Below, one piece after another: positions 28,272 through 39,093 of a stretch of 64,000 nt of DNA. The DNA is taken from positions 691,168 through 755,167 of the forward strand of contig OZ260083.1 of the NCBI GenBank assembly GCA_965284435.1, in the 5' to 3' direction. Source of the DNA: an uncultured Rhodobacteraceae bacterium (GTDB lineage Bacteria > Pseudomonadota > Alphaproteobacteria > Rhodobacterales > Rhodobacteraceae). Under the pieces are notes generated by a model. It was not told where the DNA came from and searched no databases. It worked only from the letters and a program-made list of their open reading frames with translations. The position numbers and the translations under genes are program-made. Positions within the stretch are counted from its first letter, which is position 1. Each line of letters starts with the position of its first letter.

Positions 28272-29272
28272 CTCTTGATATCCCGAACCTCAAAGATTTT
28301 GACACACGGCTGCGCGACGAGGCCCATGAAGAGCCGACGTTGGAAATTCCGCAGGGCGAGCCGACCAAGAAAACCCAGATCATCGCGATCTATGGCAAGG
28401 GCGGCATCGGAAAATCGTTCACGCTGGCCAACCTGAGCCACATGATGGCAGAGATGGGCAAGCGCGTGCTTTTGATCGGCTGCGATCCGAAATCGGATAC
28501 GACCAGCCTTTTGTTTGGTGGCAAGGCCTGCCCGACGATCATCGAAACCTCGACCAAGAAAAAGCTGGCCGGGGAAGAGGTGAAGATTGGCGATGTCTGC
28601 TTCAAGCGGGGCGGTGTTTTCGCGATGGAGCTGGGCGGGCCGGAAGTGGGACGCGGCTGCGGTGGCCGTGGGATCATCCACGGGTTCGAGCTTTTGGAAA
28701 AGCTGGGGTTCCACGATTGGGACTTTGACTATGTCCTGCTGGACTTTCTGGGCGACGTGGTGTGCGGCGGGTTCGGTTTGCCAATCGCCCGCGACATGGC
28801 GCAAAAGGTGATCTTGGTTGCGTCAAACGATTTGCAAAGCCTGTATGTGGCCAACAACGTGTGCTCGGCGGTGGAATATTTCCGCAAACTGGGCGGCAAC
28901 GTGGGCATTGCGGGTCTGGTCATCAACAAGGATGACGGCACGGGCGAAGCGGCGGCCTTTGCGGAATCGGTGAAGATTCCGGTGTTGGCGGCCATTCCGC
29001 AAGACGATGATCTGCGAAAGAAATCGGCCAATTATCAGATCGTGGGCAGCTATGAAAGCCAATGGGGACCGCTGTTTGCCAGCCTGGCCGACGCTGTGGC
29101 CATTGCCCCGCCGGTACGGCCTGCGCCTTTGACGCAAGACGGATTGCTGGGCCTGTTTTCGGCCGAAGCCACGGGTGCAGATTTCGTGCTGACCCCGGCC
29201 AGCGACGAAGACATGCGCGGCAAGAACGCCGTTTTGAAGAAATCCTTGGAAGTGGTCTACGACAATGTTTGA
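28268..29272 (+). CDS. bchX: chlorophyllide a reductase iron protein subunit BchX
   Basis: 334-aa NifH/BchL-like ORF with YGKGGIGKS (P-loop) and the conserved Cys ligands (CGGFG). Confidence 0.95.
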   Translation: MTLDIPNLKDFDTRLRDEAHEEPTLEIPQGEPTKKTQIIAIYGKGGIGKSFTLANLSHMMAEMGKRVLLIGCDPKSDTTSLLFGGKACPTIIETSTKKKLAGEEVKIGDVCFKRGGVFAMELGGPEVGRGCGGRGIIHGFELLEKLGFHDWDFDYVLLDFLGDVVCGGFGLPIARDMAQKVILVASNDLQSLYVANNVCSAVEYFRKLGGNVGIAGLVINKDDGTGEAAAFAESVKIPVLAAIPQDDDLRKKSANYQIVGSYESQWGPLFASLADAVAIAPPVRPAPLTQDGLLGLFSAEATGADFVLTPASDEDMRGKNAVLKKSLEVVYDNV

Positions 29273-29335
29273 TCTGGATGCCCTTGCAAAACTGGAAGCC
29301 GCGCTGCAGCGCATTGCGACCCGGAAGGGCAGCAA

Positions 29336-30907
29336 ATGAGCGAGATCGGCTATGATAAGGCCCACGAGGCCCCGCTGACGCCTGTGATGTCGGTGGATTT
29401 GCCCGAAATCCAAGGCGGCGCTGAGCCTGTGGATGGAATGGGCTGTCATGCCGGCGCTGCGACCATGGAGGCGGCCGCGCGGGCCGCCGGAAATTCGGAA
29501 TTGCTGGATCAGTACAAGGCGGACTATCCGCAAGGTCCGCATGACAAACCCCAAAGCATGTGCCCCGCCTTCGGGTCTTTGCGGGTGGGTTTGCGGATGC
29601 GCCGCGTCGCCACGGTGCTGAGTGGTTCGGCCTGCTGCGTTTATGGTCTGACCTTTGTCAGCCACTTCTATGGGGCGCGCCGGTCTGTCGGCTATGTGCC
29701 TTTCAATTCGGAATCGCTGGTGACGGGAAAGCTGTTCGAGGACATCCGCGATGCGGTGCACGAACTGGCAGATGCGGACAGATATGATGCGATTGTGGTG
29801 ACGAACCTGTGTGTGCCCACAGCTTCGGGGGTGCCGCTGAAGCTGCTGCCAAGCGAGATCAACGGCGTGCGGATTGTGGGGATCGATGTGCCGGGCTTTG
29901 GCATTCCGACCCATGCCGAGGCCAAGGACGTTCTGGCGGGGGCCATGCTGAAATATGCCCGTGCCGAGATTGAAGCTGGCCCAGTGGCCGCCCCGGCCAG
30001 CGCCCGATCTGACCGCCCGCAAGTGGCCCTTCTGGGCGAGATGTTCCCGGCCGATCCGATGATGATTGGTGCGCTTCTGGGCCCGTTGGGGTTGGCTGCG
30101 GGTCCTGTGGTGCCGTGCCGCGAATGGCGCGAACTTTATGCGGCCTTGGACTGCGATGTCGTGGCGGCGATTCACCCGTTCTATACGGCCGCCGTGCGCG
30201 AGTTTCAGACCGCGGGCCGCAAGGTTGTGGGGTCGGCCCCAGTGGGGCATGACGGCACGATGGCCTGGCTTGCCGCGATTGGCGATGCCTATAACGTCAA
30301 TCCCGGCCAAGTTGCCGCCGCGCAAAATGCCTTTGGTCCGGCGATCAAGGGCGCGCTGATGGGGGCCCCGATCAAGGGCACAATCACGCTGTCGGGCTAT
30401 GAAGGGTCTGAATTGCTTGTTGCGCGATTGCTGATCGAAAGCGGTGCCAACGTTCCCTATGTGGGCACGGCCTGCCCGAAAACCCCGTGGTCCGCCCCGG
30501 ATCTGGAGTGGTTGCAGGACAAGGGTGTGACGGTGAAATTCCGTGCAAGCCTGGAAGACGATCTGAGCGCGATGGAAGCGATCAAACCGGATCTGGCCAT
30601 CGGTACAACGCCCTTGGTGCAAAAGGCCAAGGAAAAGGCGATCCCGTCGTTGTATTTCACCAACCTGATTTCGGCGCGGCCTTTGATGGGGCCAGCAGGG
30701 GCCGGCAGCCTTGGCCAAGTGGTCAATGCTGCCATGGCCGGCCGGGCGCGCATGGAAGACATGAAGGCCTTTTTTGAAGGCGTCGGAAAAGGCGATACCG
30801 CCGGTATCTGGGAAGGCGCGCCAAACCTGCGGCCCGACTTCCGCGCCATTCATCAAAAGAAGCTCGACAAGGCCGCGAAAGCCGCCAAGGCCGAGGAGAT
30901 GATCTGA
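29336..30907 (+). CDS. bchY: chlorophyllide a reductase subunit BchY
   Basis: 523-aa NifD/BchN-like ORF between bchX and bchZ. Cys-containing N-terminal part ([11 protein letters not shown]..., SGSACCVYG). Confidence 0.93.
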   Translation: MSEIGYDKAHEAPLTPVMSVDLPEIQGGAEPVDGMGCHAGAATMEAAARAAGNSELLDQYKADYPQGPHDKPQSMCPAFGSLRVGLRMRRVATVLSGSACCVYGLTFVSHFYGARRSVGYVPFNSESLVTGKLFEDIRDAVHELADADRYDAIVVTNLCVPTASGVPLKLLPSEINGVRIVGIDVPGFGIPTHAEAKDVLAGAMLKYARAEIEAGPVAAPASARSDRPQVALLGEMFPADPMMIGALLGPLGLAAGPVVPCREWRELYAALDCDVVAAIHPFYTAAVREFQTAGRKVVGSAPVGHDGTMAWLAAIGDAYNVNPGQVAAAQNAFGPAIKGALMGAPIKGTITLSGYEGSELLVARLLIESGANVPYVGTACPKTPWSAPDLEWLQDKGVTVKFRASLEDDLSAMEAIKPDLAIGTTPLVQKAKEKAIPSLYFTNLISARPLMGPAGAGSLGQVVNAAMAGRARMEDMKAFFEGVGKGDTAGIWEGAPNLRPDFRAIHQKKLDKAAKAAKAEEMI

Positions 30908-32385
30908 TGCTGGTGCAAGATCACGACCGGGCGGGCGGATATTGGGGGGCGGTTTATGCCTTCTGTGCAGTCAAGGGATTGCAGGTGGTGATTGACGGCC
31001 CCGTGGGCTGTGAGAATCTGCCAGTGACATCCGTGCTGCATTACACCGATGCCTTGCCGCCGCATGAATTGCCGATTGTGGTGACGGGTCTTGGCGAAGA
31101 AGAATTGGGCCGCGACGGCACCGAAGGGGCGATGCGGCGGGCTTGGAAAACGCTGGATCCGGCGCTGCCGGCGGTGGTGGTTACCGGTTCGATCGCCGAG
31201 ATGATTGGCGGCGGCGTGACCCCGATGGGCACCAACATCCAACGCTTTTTGCCGCGCACGATTGACGAAGATCAATGGGAAGCGGCGGACCGGGCGATGA
31301 CCTGGATCTTTACCGAATTTGGCATGACCAAGGGCCGGATGCCGCCCGAAGCCAAGAAGGTGGACGGGGCAAAGCCGCGCGTGAATATTCTTGGGCCGAT
31401 GTATGGCGTGTTCAACATGGCCAGCGATCTGCACGAAATCCGCCGGATGGTGGAAGGGATCGGCGCTGAGGTGAACATGGTCTTGCCCTTGGGCGCCCAT
31501 GTGGCAGAGATGCGCAATCTGGTGAATGCAGATGCCAATGTGGTCATGTACCGCGAATTCGGGCGCGGTCTGGCGGAAGTTCTGGGCAAGCCCTATCTGC
31601 AAGCGCCGATCGGGATCGACAGCACGACAAAGTTCCTGCGCAAGTTGGGCGAGATGCTGGGACTTGACCCTGAACCCTTTATCGAGCGCGAAAAGCATTC
31701 GACGCTGAAGCCGGTTTGGGATTTGTGGCGGTCTGTCACACAGGATTTCTTTGCCACGGCGTCCTTTGCCATCGTGGCCAATGAAACCTATGCCCGCGGT
31801 ATCCGGAACTATCTGGAAAGCGATCTGGGATTGCCCTGCGCCTTTGCGGTGGCACGCGTGCCGGGCAAGAAGACCAACAACGAGGCGGTTCGCGGGTTGA
31901 TGAAACAGCACCGTCCGCTGGTTGTGATGGGCTCGATCAACGAAAAGATGTATCTGGCCGAGATGAAGGGCGGGTTCGGACCCGCACCGAGTTTCATCGC
32001 GGCATCCTTTCCGGGCGCGGCCATTCGCCGCCATACCGGAAGCCCGATGATGGGCTTTGGCGGCGCTGTCTGGATCTTGCAAGAGGTCTGCAATAGCCTG
32101 TTTGACGCGTTGTTCCACATTCTGCCTTTGGGCACTGACATGGATAGCGCGGCCGCCACGCCGACCACCTTGCGCCGGGATTTCCCATGGGATGCCGATG
32201 CGCAGGCGGCGCTGGACAGAATTGTAAACACCCACCCGATCCTGACCCGGATCAGCGCCGCGCGGACCTTGCGCGATGCGGCCGAAAAAGCCGCGCTGGA
32301 TTCGGGTGCAGAGCGGGTGGTGCGAGAAACCGTAGAAGGCTTGGCCGGGGTCGGCCTTTTGCAAAACGAGGGGGAAAAGGCATGA
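30907..32385 (+). CDS. bchZ: chlorophyllide a reductase subunit BchZ
   Basis: 492-aa NifK/BchB-like ORF. Its ATG shares 1 nt with the bchY TGA, and its stop overlaps the pufQ ATG. Confidence 0.93.
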   Translation: MLVQDHDRAGGYWGAVYAFCAVKGLQVVIDGPVGCENLPVTSVLHYTDALPPHELPIVVTGLGEEELGRDGTEGAMRRAWKTLDPALPAVVVTGSIAEMIGGGVTPMGTNIQRFLPRTIDEDQWEAADRAMTWIFTEFGMTKGRMPPEAKKVDGAKPRVNILGPMYGVFNMASDLHEIRRMVEGIGAEVNMVLPLGAHVAEMRNLVNADANVVMYREFGRGLAEVLGKPYLQAPIGIDSTTKFLRKLGEMLGLDPEPFIEREKHSTLKPVWDLWRSVTQDFFATASFAIVANETYARGIRNYLESDLGLPCAFAVARVPGKKTNNEAVRGLMKQHRPLVVMGSINEKMYLAEMKGGFGPAPSFIAASFPGAAIRRHTGSPMMGFGGAVWILQEVCNSLFDALFHILPLGTDMDSAAATPTTLRRDFPWDADAQAALDRIVNTHPILTRISAARTLRDAAEKAALDSGAERVVRETVEGLAGVGLLQNEGEKA

Positions 32386-32606
32386 GCGATTACACCGCAG
32401 GCGACGTTGATCTGCATCACGTCAAGCGTGTGACGAAGACCGAGTTCCGCATCTACTTTGCGCTGATCTTCGCGCTGGCTTTGGTGCCCCATATTCTGGG
32501 CTGGTTGTACCAATTGGTGCGCCATCTTGGGATGCCCCGCCGCGATCCGGTGTCGCGGGCCTGGCTTGACGCGCGCGCGATCACGCCAATGATTTTTCGC
32601 GGGTAA
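32382..32606 (+). CDS. pufQ: PufQ (bacteriochlorophyll biosynthesis/assembly factor)
   Basis: 74-aa reading from ORF 32187..32606 codon 66: [41 protein letters not shown].... One TM; position between bchZ and pufB as in Rhodobacter. Confidence 0.85.
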   Translation: MSDYTAGDVDLHHVKRVTKTEFRIYFALIFALALVPHILGWLYQLVRHLGMPRRDPVSRAWLDARAITPMIFRG

Positions 32607-32725
32607 AATCCGCGACATAGAATTCGACTTTCCGGCGACGGGAAGGCGAAAGATCGGTGGGCATTCCGTCCGCCGTGACCCAGTCGCAGGGAATGCGGCG
32701 TCAGTCCGAATATCCGGAGGATACT

Positions 32726-32875
32726 ATGGCTGATAAATCCGACCTGTCGTTCACAGGTCTTACAGACCAGCAGGCGCAAGAATTGCATGCGGTCTACATG
32801 AGCGGGCTTTGGTTGTTCGTGACCATCGCCGTTATCGCGCATGTGGCCGTATTCATGTGGCGTCCGTGGTTCTGA
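32726..32875 (+). CDS. pufB: light-harvesting 1 (B870) beta polypeptide
   Basis: [49 protein letters not shown] (49 aa). GGAGGA SD 5 nt upstream. Confidence 0.96.
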   Translation: MADKSDLSFTGLTDQQAQELHAVYMSGLWLFVTIAVIAHVAVFMWRPWF

Positions 32876-32888
32876 GGGGGATCCATAC

Positions 32889-33068
32889 ATGAGCAAGTTC
32901 TACAAGATCTGGCTGATTTTCGATCCGCGTCGCGTGTTCGTGGCGCAGGGGGTTTTCCTCTTCCTTTTGGCGGCGATGATTCACCTCGTCCTGCTGTCCA
33001 ACCCCGCCTACAACTGGTTCGAAATTGCGGCAGCCAAGAATGGCTATGTCGCAGCGGCGACCGAGTAA
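32889..33068 (+). CDS. pufA: light-harvesting 1 (B870) alpha polypeptide
   Basis: [59 protein letters not shown] (59 aa). Near-identical in its N-terminal two thirds to the Rhodobacter PufA as remembered. Confidence 0.96.
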   Translation: MSKFYKIWLIFDPRRVFVAQGVFLFLLAAMIHLVLLSNPAYNWFEIAAAKNGYVAAATE

Positions 33069-33077
33069 GGGCTATCC

Positions 33078-33109
33078 CTTGGTGCGGGCGGCCGCCGTCG
33101 CCCGCACCA
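33078..33109 (+). promoter_or_regulatory. intercistronic pufA-pufL mRNA hairpin (12-bp perfect stem, 8-nt loop)
   Basis: TTGGTGCGGGCG (33078-33089) pairs with CGCCCGCACCAA (33098-33109). Same position as the Rhodobacter hairpin that protects pufBA mRNA from 3' decay. Confidence 0.65.
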
Positions 33110-33198
33110 AATTCACCAATGATAACGACCAATAGACGGCCCCTGCGACGCAGAATTCTTGCGCAAGGGGGTGCCCGTCCAATCGCGGAGAGGGAAGC

Positions 33199-34047
33199 AT
33201 GGCACTGCTCAGCTTCGAACGAAAATACCGCGTGCCCGGCGGCACGCTGATCGGCGGGAACCTGTTCGACTTCTGGGTCGGTCCGTTCTACGTCGGCTTC
33301 TTTGGGGTCACGACCTTCTTCTTCGCGGCCCTTGGCACCTTGCTGATCTTTTACGGTGCGGCAATGGGCCCGACCTGGAACCCCTGGCTGGTTTCTATCG
33401 ACCCGCCAGCGGTGGAAAACGGTCTTGGCTTTGCCCCTTTGATGCAAGGCGGGCTGTGGCAGATCATCACGATTTGCGCTGTGGGGGCCTTTGTGTCCTG
33501 GGCGCTGCGCGAGGTTGAAATCTGCCGCAAGCTGGGGATCGGCTTTCATGTTCCCTTTGCCTTTGGCTTTGCCATTCTGGCCTATGTGACGCTGGTTGTG
33601 TTTCGCCCCATCCTGATGGGCAGCTGGGGTTATGCCTTTCCTTACGGCATTTTCAGCCACCTCGATTGGGTCAGCAACACCGGCTATACCTATGGCAACT
33701 TTCACTACAACCCGGCGCATATGATTGCGGTGACCTTCTTTTTCACCAACGCTTTGGCGCTTGCCTTGCACGGCGGGTTGATCTTGTCGGCTGCCAACCC
33801 GCCCAAGGGCGCGTTGATGAAGACGCCCGACCACGAAGACACCTTCTTTCGCGATTTGATCGGCTATTCGGTGGGGACCTTGGGCATTCACCGTCTGGGG
33901 ATGCTTCTGGCGATTTCCGCGGCCTTCTTCAGTGCGGTCTGCATCGTGATTTCTGGCACGATCTGGTTCGAGCAGTGGGTTGATTGGTGGAACTGGTGGC
34001 TTGAACTGCCCTTCTGGGTAGACATTCCTGGAGGCATAAATGGCTGA
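33199..34047 (+). CDS. pufL: photosynthetic reaction centre subunit L
   Basis: 282-aa ORF: [36 protein letters not shown]..., canonical PufL. Confidence 0.98.
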   Translation: MALLSFERKYRVPGGTLIGGNLFDFWVGPFYVGFFGVTTFFFAALGTLLIFYGAAMGPTWNPWLVSIDPPAVENGLGFAPLMQGGLWQIITICAVGAFVSWALREVEICRKLGIGFHVPFAFGFAILAYVTLVVFRPILMGSWGYAFPYGIFSHLDWVSNTGYTYGNFHYNPAHMIAVTFFFTNALALALHGGLILSAANPPKGALMKTPDHEDTFFRDLIGYSVGTLGIHRLGMLLAISAAFFSAVCIVISGTIWFEQWVDWWNWWLELPFWVDIPGGING

Positions 34048-34963
34048 GTATCAAAACTTCTTTACCCAGGTACAGGTCCGCGCAGAGCCCGAAATGGGCA
34101 TGCATGAGAACGTGGAACTGGGAAACCGGACGAAGGGCGCAAGCTTTTCCAATCTGGCGGGCTGGTTCGGCAACGCGCAATTGGGGCCGATCTATCTGGG
34201 CACCTTTGGTGTGATCTCTTTGGCGACCGGTCTGATCTGGTTCATGATCATCGGGGGCTGGTTCTGGCATCTGGCCGGCTATAACCCGGCAGTGTTCCTG
34301 CGCGATCTGTTCTGGATGTCGCTGGAGCCGCCGGCCCCGGAATATGGCCTGTCCATTCCGCCGATGGCGGAGGGGGGATTGTTCTTGCTGGCCGGGTTCT
34401 TCTTCTTGATCTCGCTGAGCACGTGGTGGGTGCGCACCTATTTGCGCGCCGAAGCGCTGGGCCTTGGCAAGCATGTGTCCTGGGCTTTTGCCGGGGCGCT
34501 GTGGTTGGTGCTGGTGCTGGGTCTGATCCGCCCGGTTTTGATGGGAAGCTGGTCGGAGGCTGTGCCCTATGGCATCTTCCCGCATCTTGACTGGACCAAC
34601 AACTTTTCGCTGACCTATGGAAATCTGTTCTACAACCCCTTCCACGCGCTGAGCATCGTCTTCCTGTACGGATCGGCCTTGCTGTTCGCGATGCACGGGG
34701 CGACCATCTTGTCGGTCACGCGTCTGGGCGGCGACCGGGAACTGGAACAGATCGTCGACCGCGGAACGGCATCGGAACGGGCTGCGTTGTTCTGGCGCTG
34801 GACCATGGGGTTCAACGCGACGATGGAAGGCATTCACCGCTGGGCGTGGTGGTTTGCGGTGCTGGTCACGGTCACGGGCGGCATTGGCATTCTGCTGACG
34901 GGAACTGTGGTGGACAACTGGTATGTCTGGGCGCAGGTCCATGGCTATGCCCCCCCGAACTGA
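34040..34963 (+). CDS. pufM: photosynthetic reaction centre subunit M
   Basis: 307-aa ORF: [54 protein letters not shown].... 8-nt overlap with pufL. Confidence 0.98.
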   Translation: MAEYQNFFTQVQVRAEPEMGMHENVELGNRTKGASFSNLAGWFGNAQLGPIYLGTFGVISLATGLIWFMIIGGWFWHLAGYNPAVFLRDLFWMSLEPPAPEYGLSIPPMAEGGLFLLAGFFFLISLSTWWVRTYLRAEALGLGKHVSWAFAGALWLVLVLGLIRPVLMGSWSEAVPYGIFPHLDWTNNFSLTYGNLFYNPFHALSIVFLYGSALLFAMHGATILSVTRLGGDRELEQIVDRGTASERAALFWRWTMGFNATMEGIHRWAWWFAVLVTVTGGIGILLTGTVVDNWYVWAQVHGYAPPN

Positions 34964-34983
34964 GCGCAGGAAAGGATTGATCC

Positions 34984-35217
34984 ATGTCTGACGAACATCT
35001 TTTCGAAGGCCAATCGCCGATCATCCGCTTGCGGGTTTGGGCGCTGGGTCAAATGGTCTGGGGCGCGTTCATGGGCGGCATTTTCGCCATCGCCCTTGGC
35101 GTGATCTTCCTGGTGGTTTGGGGCATCGGCCAGATGCTGCCACCCGAAAGCAAAGAGGCCCCCTCGCCCTATGGCGCGCTGGAGATTGCCCAGCCGCTGC
35201 AGACCGAGGTGGTCTGA
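34984..35217 (+). CDS. pufX: PufX (RC-LH1 core complex intrinsic membrane protein)
   Basis: 77-aa single-TM ORF directly after pufM. ...GQMLPPESKEAPSPYGALEIAQPLQTEVV resembles the remembered R. capsulatus PufX C-terminus (...MLPERAHQAPSPYTTEVVVQHATEVV), with a Gly-rich TM (GAFMGGIFAIALGVIFLVVWGIG). Confidence 0.85.
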   Translation: MSDEHLFEGQSPIIRLRVWALGQMVWGAFMGGIFAIALGVIFLVVWGIGQMLPPESKEAPSPYGALEIAQPLQTEVV

Positions 35218-35223
35218 GTGATC

Positions 35224-35254
35224 GCTTGGGGGGCAAATATCTTGTCCCCCAAGC
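35224..35254 (+). promoter_or_regulatory. hairpin 1 in the puf 3' UTR (9-bp stem, 13-nt loop)
   Basis: GCTTGGGGG (35224-35232) pairs with CCCCCAAGC (35246-35254), 7 nt after the pufX stop. Confidence 0.55.
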
Positions 35255-35333
35255 CAAGATGTCTGGGCCATGAAGCCGGCCTAGGCCTCGGGCCCTCCAC
35301 AGCCCGGTTCCCTTCCTGTTGGCACAGGAACCT

Positions 35334-35366
35334 GGTGCCGTGTGTGACCCACCCGGCACCCTTTTT
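35334..35366 (+). terminator. terminator/attenuator-like hairpin plus T-run between pufX and dxs
   Basis: GGTGCCG (35334-35340) pairs with CGGCACC (35354-35360), then CTTTTTCCTTT. A further 7-bp hairpin TTCCTGT/ACAGGAA lies at 35313-35330. The dxs SD AAAGGAG follows immediately. Confidence 0.5.
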
Positions 35367-35384
35367 CCTTTAAAGGAGCGACAC

Positions 35385-37295
35385 ATGTCCCGCCCTTATA
35401 CCCCCACATTGGACCGCGTGGTTCTGCCAGAGGATCTGAAAGGGTTAAGCGACAACGCGCTGAAAACCCTTGCGGATGAACTGCGCGACGAGGTGATTTC
35501 AGTGGTGTCCGAAACGGGAGGACATCTGGGAAGTTCCCTTGGCGTGGTGGAATTGACGGTGGCGATCCACGCGGTTTTCAACACCCCGGTGGACAAGTTG
35601 ATCTTCGACGTAGGGCACCAATGCTATCCCCATAAAATATTGACCGGCCGGCGCGCCGAGATGCGCACCTTGCGGCAGGGCGGCGGTCTGAGCGGTTTTA
35701 CCAAGCGCAGCGAAAGCGGATACGATCCGTTTGGGGCGGCGCATTCATCGACCAGCATCTCGGCCGCGCTGGGGTTTGCGGTGGGGCGCGATATGGGCCA
35801 GCCCACGGGCGATGCGATCGCTGTGATTGGCGATGGCGCGATTACGGCCGGAATGGCCTATGAGGCGATGAATGCCGCCGGCCATCTGGGCAAGCGGCTG
35901 TTCGTGATCCTGAATGACAATGACATGAGCATTGCCCCCCCGGTTGGGGCGCTGAACACTTATTTGAACGGGCTGTCTGCGGCGGCGCCCTTTGCCACCC
36001 TGCGCAGCATGGCGGAGGGGTTTGAGGCGGCGCTGCCCGGCCCGCTGCGCGAAGGGGCCAAGCGGGCGCGCCAGTTGGTGGCGGGCACACCCGAGGGGGC
36101 GACGCTGTTCGAAGCCCTTGGCATGACCTATATCGGGCCGGTGGACGGCCATGACATGCCCAGCCTTCTGGGTTGTTTGCGGGCGGCCAAGACACGCGCA
36201 ACCGGGCCGGTTCTGATTCACGTCGTGACGGTGAAGGGCAAGGGATATGCCCCGGCCGAAGCGGCGGCTGACAAGTATCACGGCGTCGCGAAGTTTGACG
36301 TCATCACCGGCGCGCAGGCCAAGGCCAAGGCCAATGCCCCGGCCTATACCAATGTTTTCGGCCAGGCGCTGACCGATGCTGCGGCGCGGGACGGGCGCAT
36401 TGTGGCGGTGACGGCGGCCATGCCGTCGGGAACCGGATTGGACATCATGGCGCGGCAGTTTCCGGCCCGGGTGTTTGATGTCGGCATTGCCGAGCAGCAC
36501 GGCGTCACCTTTGCCGCCGGGATGGCGGCATCGGGGCTGAAGCCCTTTGTGGCGATCTATTCGACATTCCTGCAGCGCGGGTATGACCAGATCGTGCATG
36601 ATGTGGCGTTGCAAGGCCTTCCTGTGCGGTTTGCGATTGACCGGGCCGGGTTGGTTGGCGCGGATGGGGCCACCCATGCCGGGGCCTTTGACGTGGGATA
36701 TCTGGCCAATCTGCCGGGCTTTGTGGTGATGGCGCCGGGGGATGAGGCCGAGTTGGTGCATATGGTTGCCACCGCCGCAGAGTACGACGAAGGACCGATT
36801 TCGTTCCGTTATCCGCGCGGGGAAGGCGTTGGCACGCAGATGCCAGAGCGCGGCACGCCGATTGAGATTGGGCGGGGCCGGGTGGTGCGTGAGGGGGCCC
36901 ATGTGGCGGTGATGTCTTTCGGGGCGCATTTGCATGAATGTCTGCTGGCCGCCGAATCCTTGGCCGCCGAGGGACTCACGGTGACGGTGGCCGATGCGCG
37001 GTTTGCAAAGCCTTTGGACCATGATCTGATCGCGCAGCTGGCGCGGCACCATGAGGCGATCATCACCGTCGAACAGGGGGCGGGCGGCGGGTTTGGCGCG
37101 CAGGTTCTGGAGTATATGGCCAATTCGGGCGGGCTTGATCATGGGTTGAAGCTGCGGACCTTGACCTTGCCTGACCGCTTTATTGATCATGCAAGCCCTG
37201 CGGCCATGTATGCCGATGCCGGGTTGGATGCGGCCCATATCATCAGGGCGGTGCGGGCCGTGCGATCGCCCGCTGTGCGGGCGCTGCGGGCCTGA
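35385..37295 (+). CDS. dxs: 1-deoxy-D-xylulose-5-phosphate synthase
   Basis: ORF 35319..37295 trimmed to ATG 35385 ([34 protein letters not shown]...[18 protein letters not shown]...[16 protein letters not shown]). ThDP motif [15 protein letters not shown]. 636 aa. Confidence 0.96.
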   Translation: MSRPYTPTLDRVVLPEDLKGLSDNALKTLADELRDEVISVVSETGGHLGSSLGVVELTVAIHAVFNTPVDKLIFDVGHQCYPHKILTGRRAEMRTLRQGGGLSGFTKRSESGYDPFGAAHSSTSISAALGFAVGRDMGQPTGDAIAVIGDGAITAGMAYEAMNAAGHLGKRLFVILNDNDMSIAPPVGALNTYLNGLSAAAPFATLRSMAEGFEAALPGPLREGAKRARQLVAGTPEGATLFEALGMTYIGPVDGHDMPSLLGCLRAAKTRATGPVLIHVVTVKGKGYAPAEAAADKYHGVAKFDVITGAQAKAKANAPAYTNVFGQALTDAAARDGRIVAVTAAMPSGTGLDIMARQFPARVFDVGIAEQHGVTFAAGMAASGLKPFVAIYSTFLQRGYDQIVHDVALQGLPVRFAIDRAGLVGADGATHAGAFDVGYLANLPGFVVMAPGDEAELVHMVATAAEYDEGPISFRYPRGEGVGTQMPERGTPIEIGRGRVVREGAHVAVMSFGAHLHECLLAAESLAAEGLTVTVADARFAKPLDHDLIAQLARHHEAIITVEQGAGGGFGAQVLEYMANSGGLDHGLKLRTLTLPDRFIDHASPAAMYADAGLDAAHIIRAVRAVRSPAVRALRA

Positions 37296-37300
37296 AACAA

Positions 37301-37330
37301 AAAAAGGCCCCCAAGACTGGGGGCCTTTTT
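37301..37330. terminator. bidirectional intrinsic terminator between convergent dxs and cycA
   Basis: AAAAAGGCCCCCA (37301-37313), loop AGAC, TGGGGGCCTTTTT (37318-37330). A perfect 13-bp stem with an A-run and a T-run, so it is usable on both strands. Confidence 0.85.
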
Positions 37331-37353
37331 GTTCGGGCGCGCCCGACGTTAGA

Positions 37354-37812
37354 TCAAGGCGTGGTGGTTGCGGCTGCAGCGCCATCGACGGGTGGTGCCA
37401 GGCTGGCAAGGTAAGCCGCGACGTTGGCCGCATCTTCTTGGCCCTTCAGCTTGAACATCATCTTGGATTTGGCGCCCTTGTCCTTCAGGTAGTCTTTCCA
37501 GAACCCTGCAGGATCTTGCACATAGGTTGCAAGCTGCGCCTCGTCCCAGATCATGCCTGCGGCGCCGGCAGCGACGATGCTGTCGCCATATTTGAATTCG
37601 GGGTAAGACCCCGCAACACGGCCAATGACGCCATACAGGTTTGGACCGGTCTTGGACCCTTTGCCCGCAAGGGTATTTCCGTCAGCGTCGATGACGCTGT
37701 GGCAGGTCTGGCATTTGGCAAAAACGGCCTCACCGGCTGCAGCATCGCCTTCGGCGAAGGCAGGTGCAGCGGCGGAAGCAAGTACTGCAAGTACAGCAAA
37801 GTGGAATTTCAT
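37354..37812 (-). CDS. cycA: cytochrome c2 (class I c-type cytochrome, periplasmic electron donor to the RC)
   Basis: ORF 37354..37836 trimmed to MKFHFAVLAVLASAAAPAFA (signal peptide, GGGAGA SD). Haem motif CQTCH and a distal Met region (KMMFKL). 152 aa. Confidence 0.85.
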   Translation of the reverse strand: MKFHFAVLAVLASAAAPAFAEGDAAAGEAVFAKCQTCHSVIDADGNTLAGKGSKTGPNLYGVIGRVAGSYPEFKYGDSIVAAGAAGMIWDEAQLATYVQDPAGFWKDYLKDKGAKSKMMFKLKGQEDAANVAAYLASLAPPVDGAAAATTTP

Positions 37813-37881
37813 CGGCGGTCTCCCTGTTACGCCCATATCTTATACGCGTAGGCGCAATATCTGTATCAATTTCGCGCGACG

Positions 37882-39093
37882 TCAAGCCACTGCATGCGAC
37901 AGCGCGCACTGTTGCCACAAAGAGGCCAAAGCGGTCGCCAAATGATCGATATCGGCGTCAGAATGGAAGGGCGACGGCGTGATGCGCAGGCGTTCGGTGC
38001 CCTTGGCGACGGTTGGGTAATTGATCGGCTGCACGTAAATTCCCCAATCGCGCATCAAGATATCAGAGATCATGCGGCATTTGACCGGATCGCCGATCAT
38101 CACGGGGATGATATGGCTGTCATTGGCCATATGCGGGATGCCGGCGCGATCCAGCCGTGCGCGCAGTTTGGCCACTTGTTCGCGCTGACGCTGACGTTCG
38201 ATCTGGCTGGTTTTCAGATGCCGAATCGAGGCGGTGGCAGCGGCGGCGACGGCCGGTGGCAGGGCCGTGGTGAAGATGAAGCCTGAGGCGAAGCTGCGGA
38301 TAAAATCGCACAGCGGGGCCGAGCCGGTGATGTAGCCGCCGACGACGCCATAGGCCTTGCCCAAGGTGCCTTCGATCAGATCGATCTGATCGGCCAGACC
38401 TTCGCGTTCAGAAACGCCGCCGCCGCGCGGGCCGTACATGCCGACGGCGTGCACCTCGTCGATATAGGTCAGGGCGCCGTGCGCCTTTGCAACCTGCACG
38501 ATTTCCTTGATGGGCGAGATGTCACCATCCATCGAATAGACCGATTCGAAGGCAACAACCTTTGGTCTGTCGCCGACGGCGGCAAGTTTGCGGTCAAGAT
38601 CGCGCCAATCGTTGTGCTTCCAGATCACCTTGTCGGCGCGCGAATGGCGCACACCTTCGATCATGGAGGCGTGGTTTCCGGCGTCTGACAGAATGACGAC
38701 ATTGGGAATGCGAGAGCCGAGGGTGGACAGCGCCGCCCAGTTGGACACGTAACCTGAGGTGAACAGAAGTGCCGCCGCTTTGCCGTGCAGATCAGCCAGT
38801 TCGGATTCAAGCAAAAGGTGATTGTGGTTGGTGCCCGAAATATTGCGGGTCCCGCCCGCGCCTGTTCCGCACGCCTGCACGCAATCGACCATGGCCTGCA
38901 CCACATCGGGATGTTGGCCCATGCCCAGATAGTCGTTGGAGCACCACACGGTGATGTCCTTTACTTCGCCATCCTTGTGGTTGGCGGCACGGGGAAATTC
39001 GCCGCGCTTGCGTTCCAGCTCCGCAAAGGTGCGGTAGTTGCCCTCGGCTTTGAGTGTTTCGATCTGTGCGCGGAAAAGGCTGTCAAAGTCCAT
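37882..39093 (-). CDS. hemA: 5-aminolevulinate synthase
   Basis: 403-aa ORF: [36 protein letters not shown]...[13 protein letters not shown].... PLP-dependent alpha-oxoamine synthase family, ALAS-type N-terminus. Confidence 0.95.
   Translation of the reverse strand: MDFDSLFRAQIETLKAEGNYRTFAELERKRGEFPRAANHKDGEVKDITVWCSNDYLGMGQHPDVVQAMVDCVQACGTGAGGTRNISGTNHNHLLLESELADLHGKAAALLFTSGYVSNWAALSTLGSRIPNVVILSDAGNHASMIEGVRHSRADKVIWKHNDWRDLDRKLAAVGDRPKVVAFESVYSMDGDISPIKEIVQVAKAHGALTYIDEVHAVGMYGPRGGGVSEREGLADQIDLIEGTLGKAYGVVGGYITGSAPLCDFIRSFASGFIFTTALPPAVAAAATASIRHLKTSQIERQRQREQVAKLRARLDRAGIPHMANDSHIIPVMIGDPVKCRMISDILMRDWGIYVQPINYPTVAKGTERLRITPSPFHSDADIDHLATALASLWQQCALSHAVA

Noticed and set aside
28823-30856. 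677-aa minus-strand ORF opposite bchX/bchY
   Set aside because: It is antisense to two confidently identified genes. The translation is Arg/Gly/His/Pro-rich with no recognisable motif, which is typical of a high-GC shadow ORF.
32693-32725. In-frame upstream ATG, 11 codons before pufB, considered as an extended PufB or a pufK-like leader ORF
   Set aside because: It has no separate stop, so it is not a pufK-type upstream ORF. The SD spacing is poor (AGGGA 1-2 nt from the ATG). The canonical MADKSDLSF start has GGAGGA at 5 nt.
35320-35337. TGGCAC-AGGAA-CCTGG resembling a sigma54 -24 element upstream of dxs
   Set aside because: The -12 element (TTGC) is missing. The TGGCAC is part of the hairpin loop and stem of the puf 3' UTR structure.
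35745-37433. 562-aa minus-strand ORF opposite dxs. The same goes for 14119..15963, 16323..17777, 19574..21178, 21825..22856, 27216..28265, 30853..32364, 7463..8545 and similar.
   Set aside because: All are antisense or out of frame to strong homology-supported genes, and all have low-complexity Arg/Pro/Gly/Ala-rich translations. They are GC-content artefacts.
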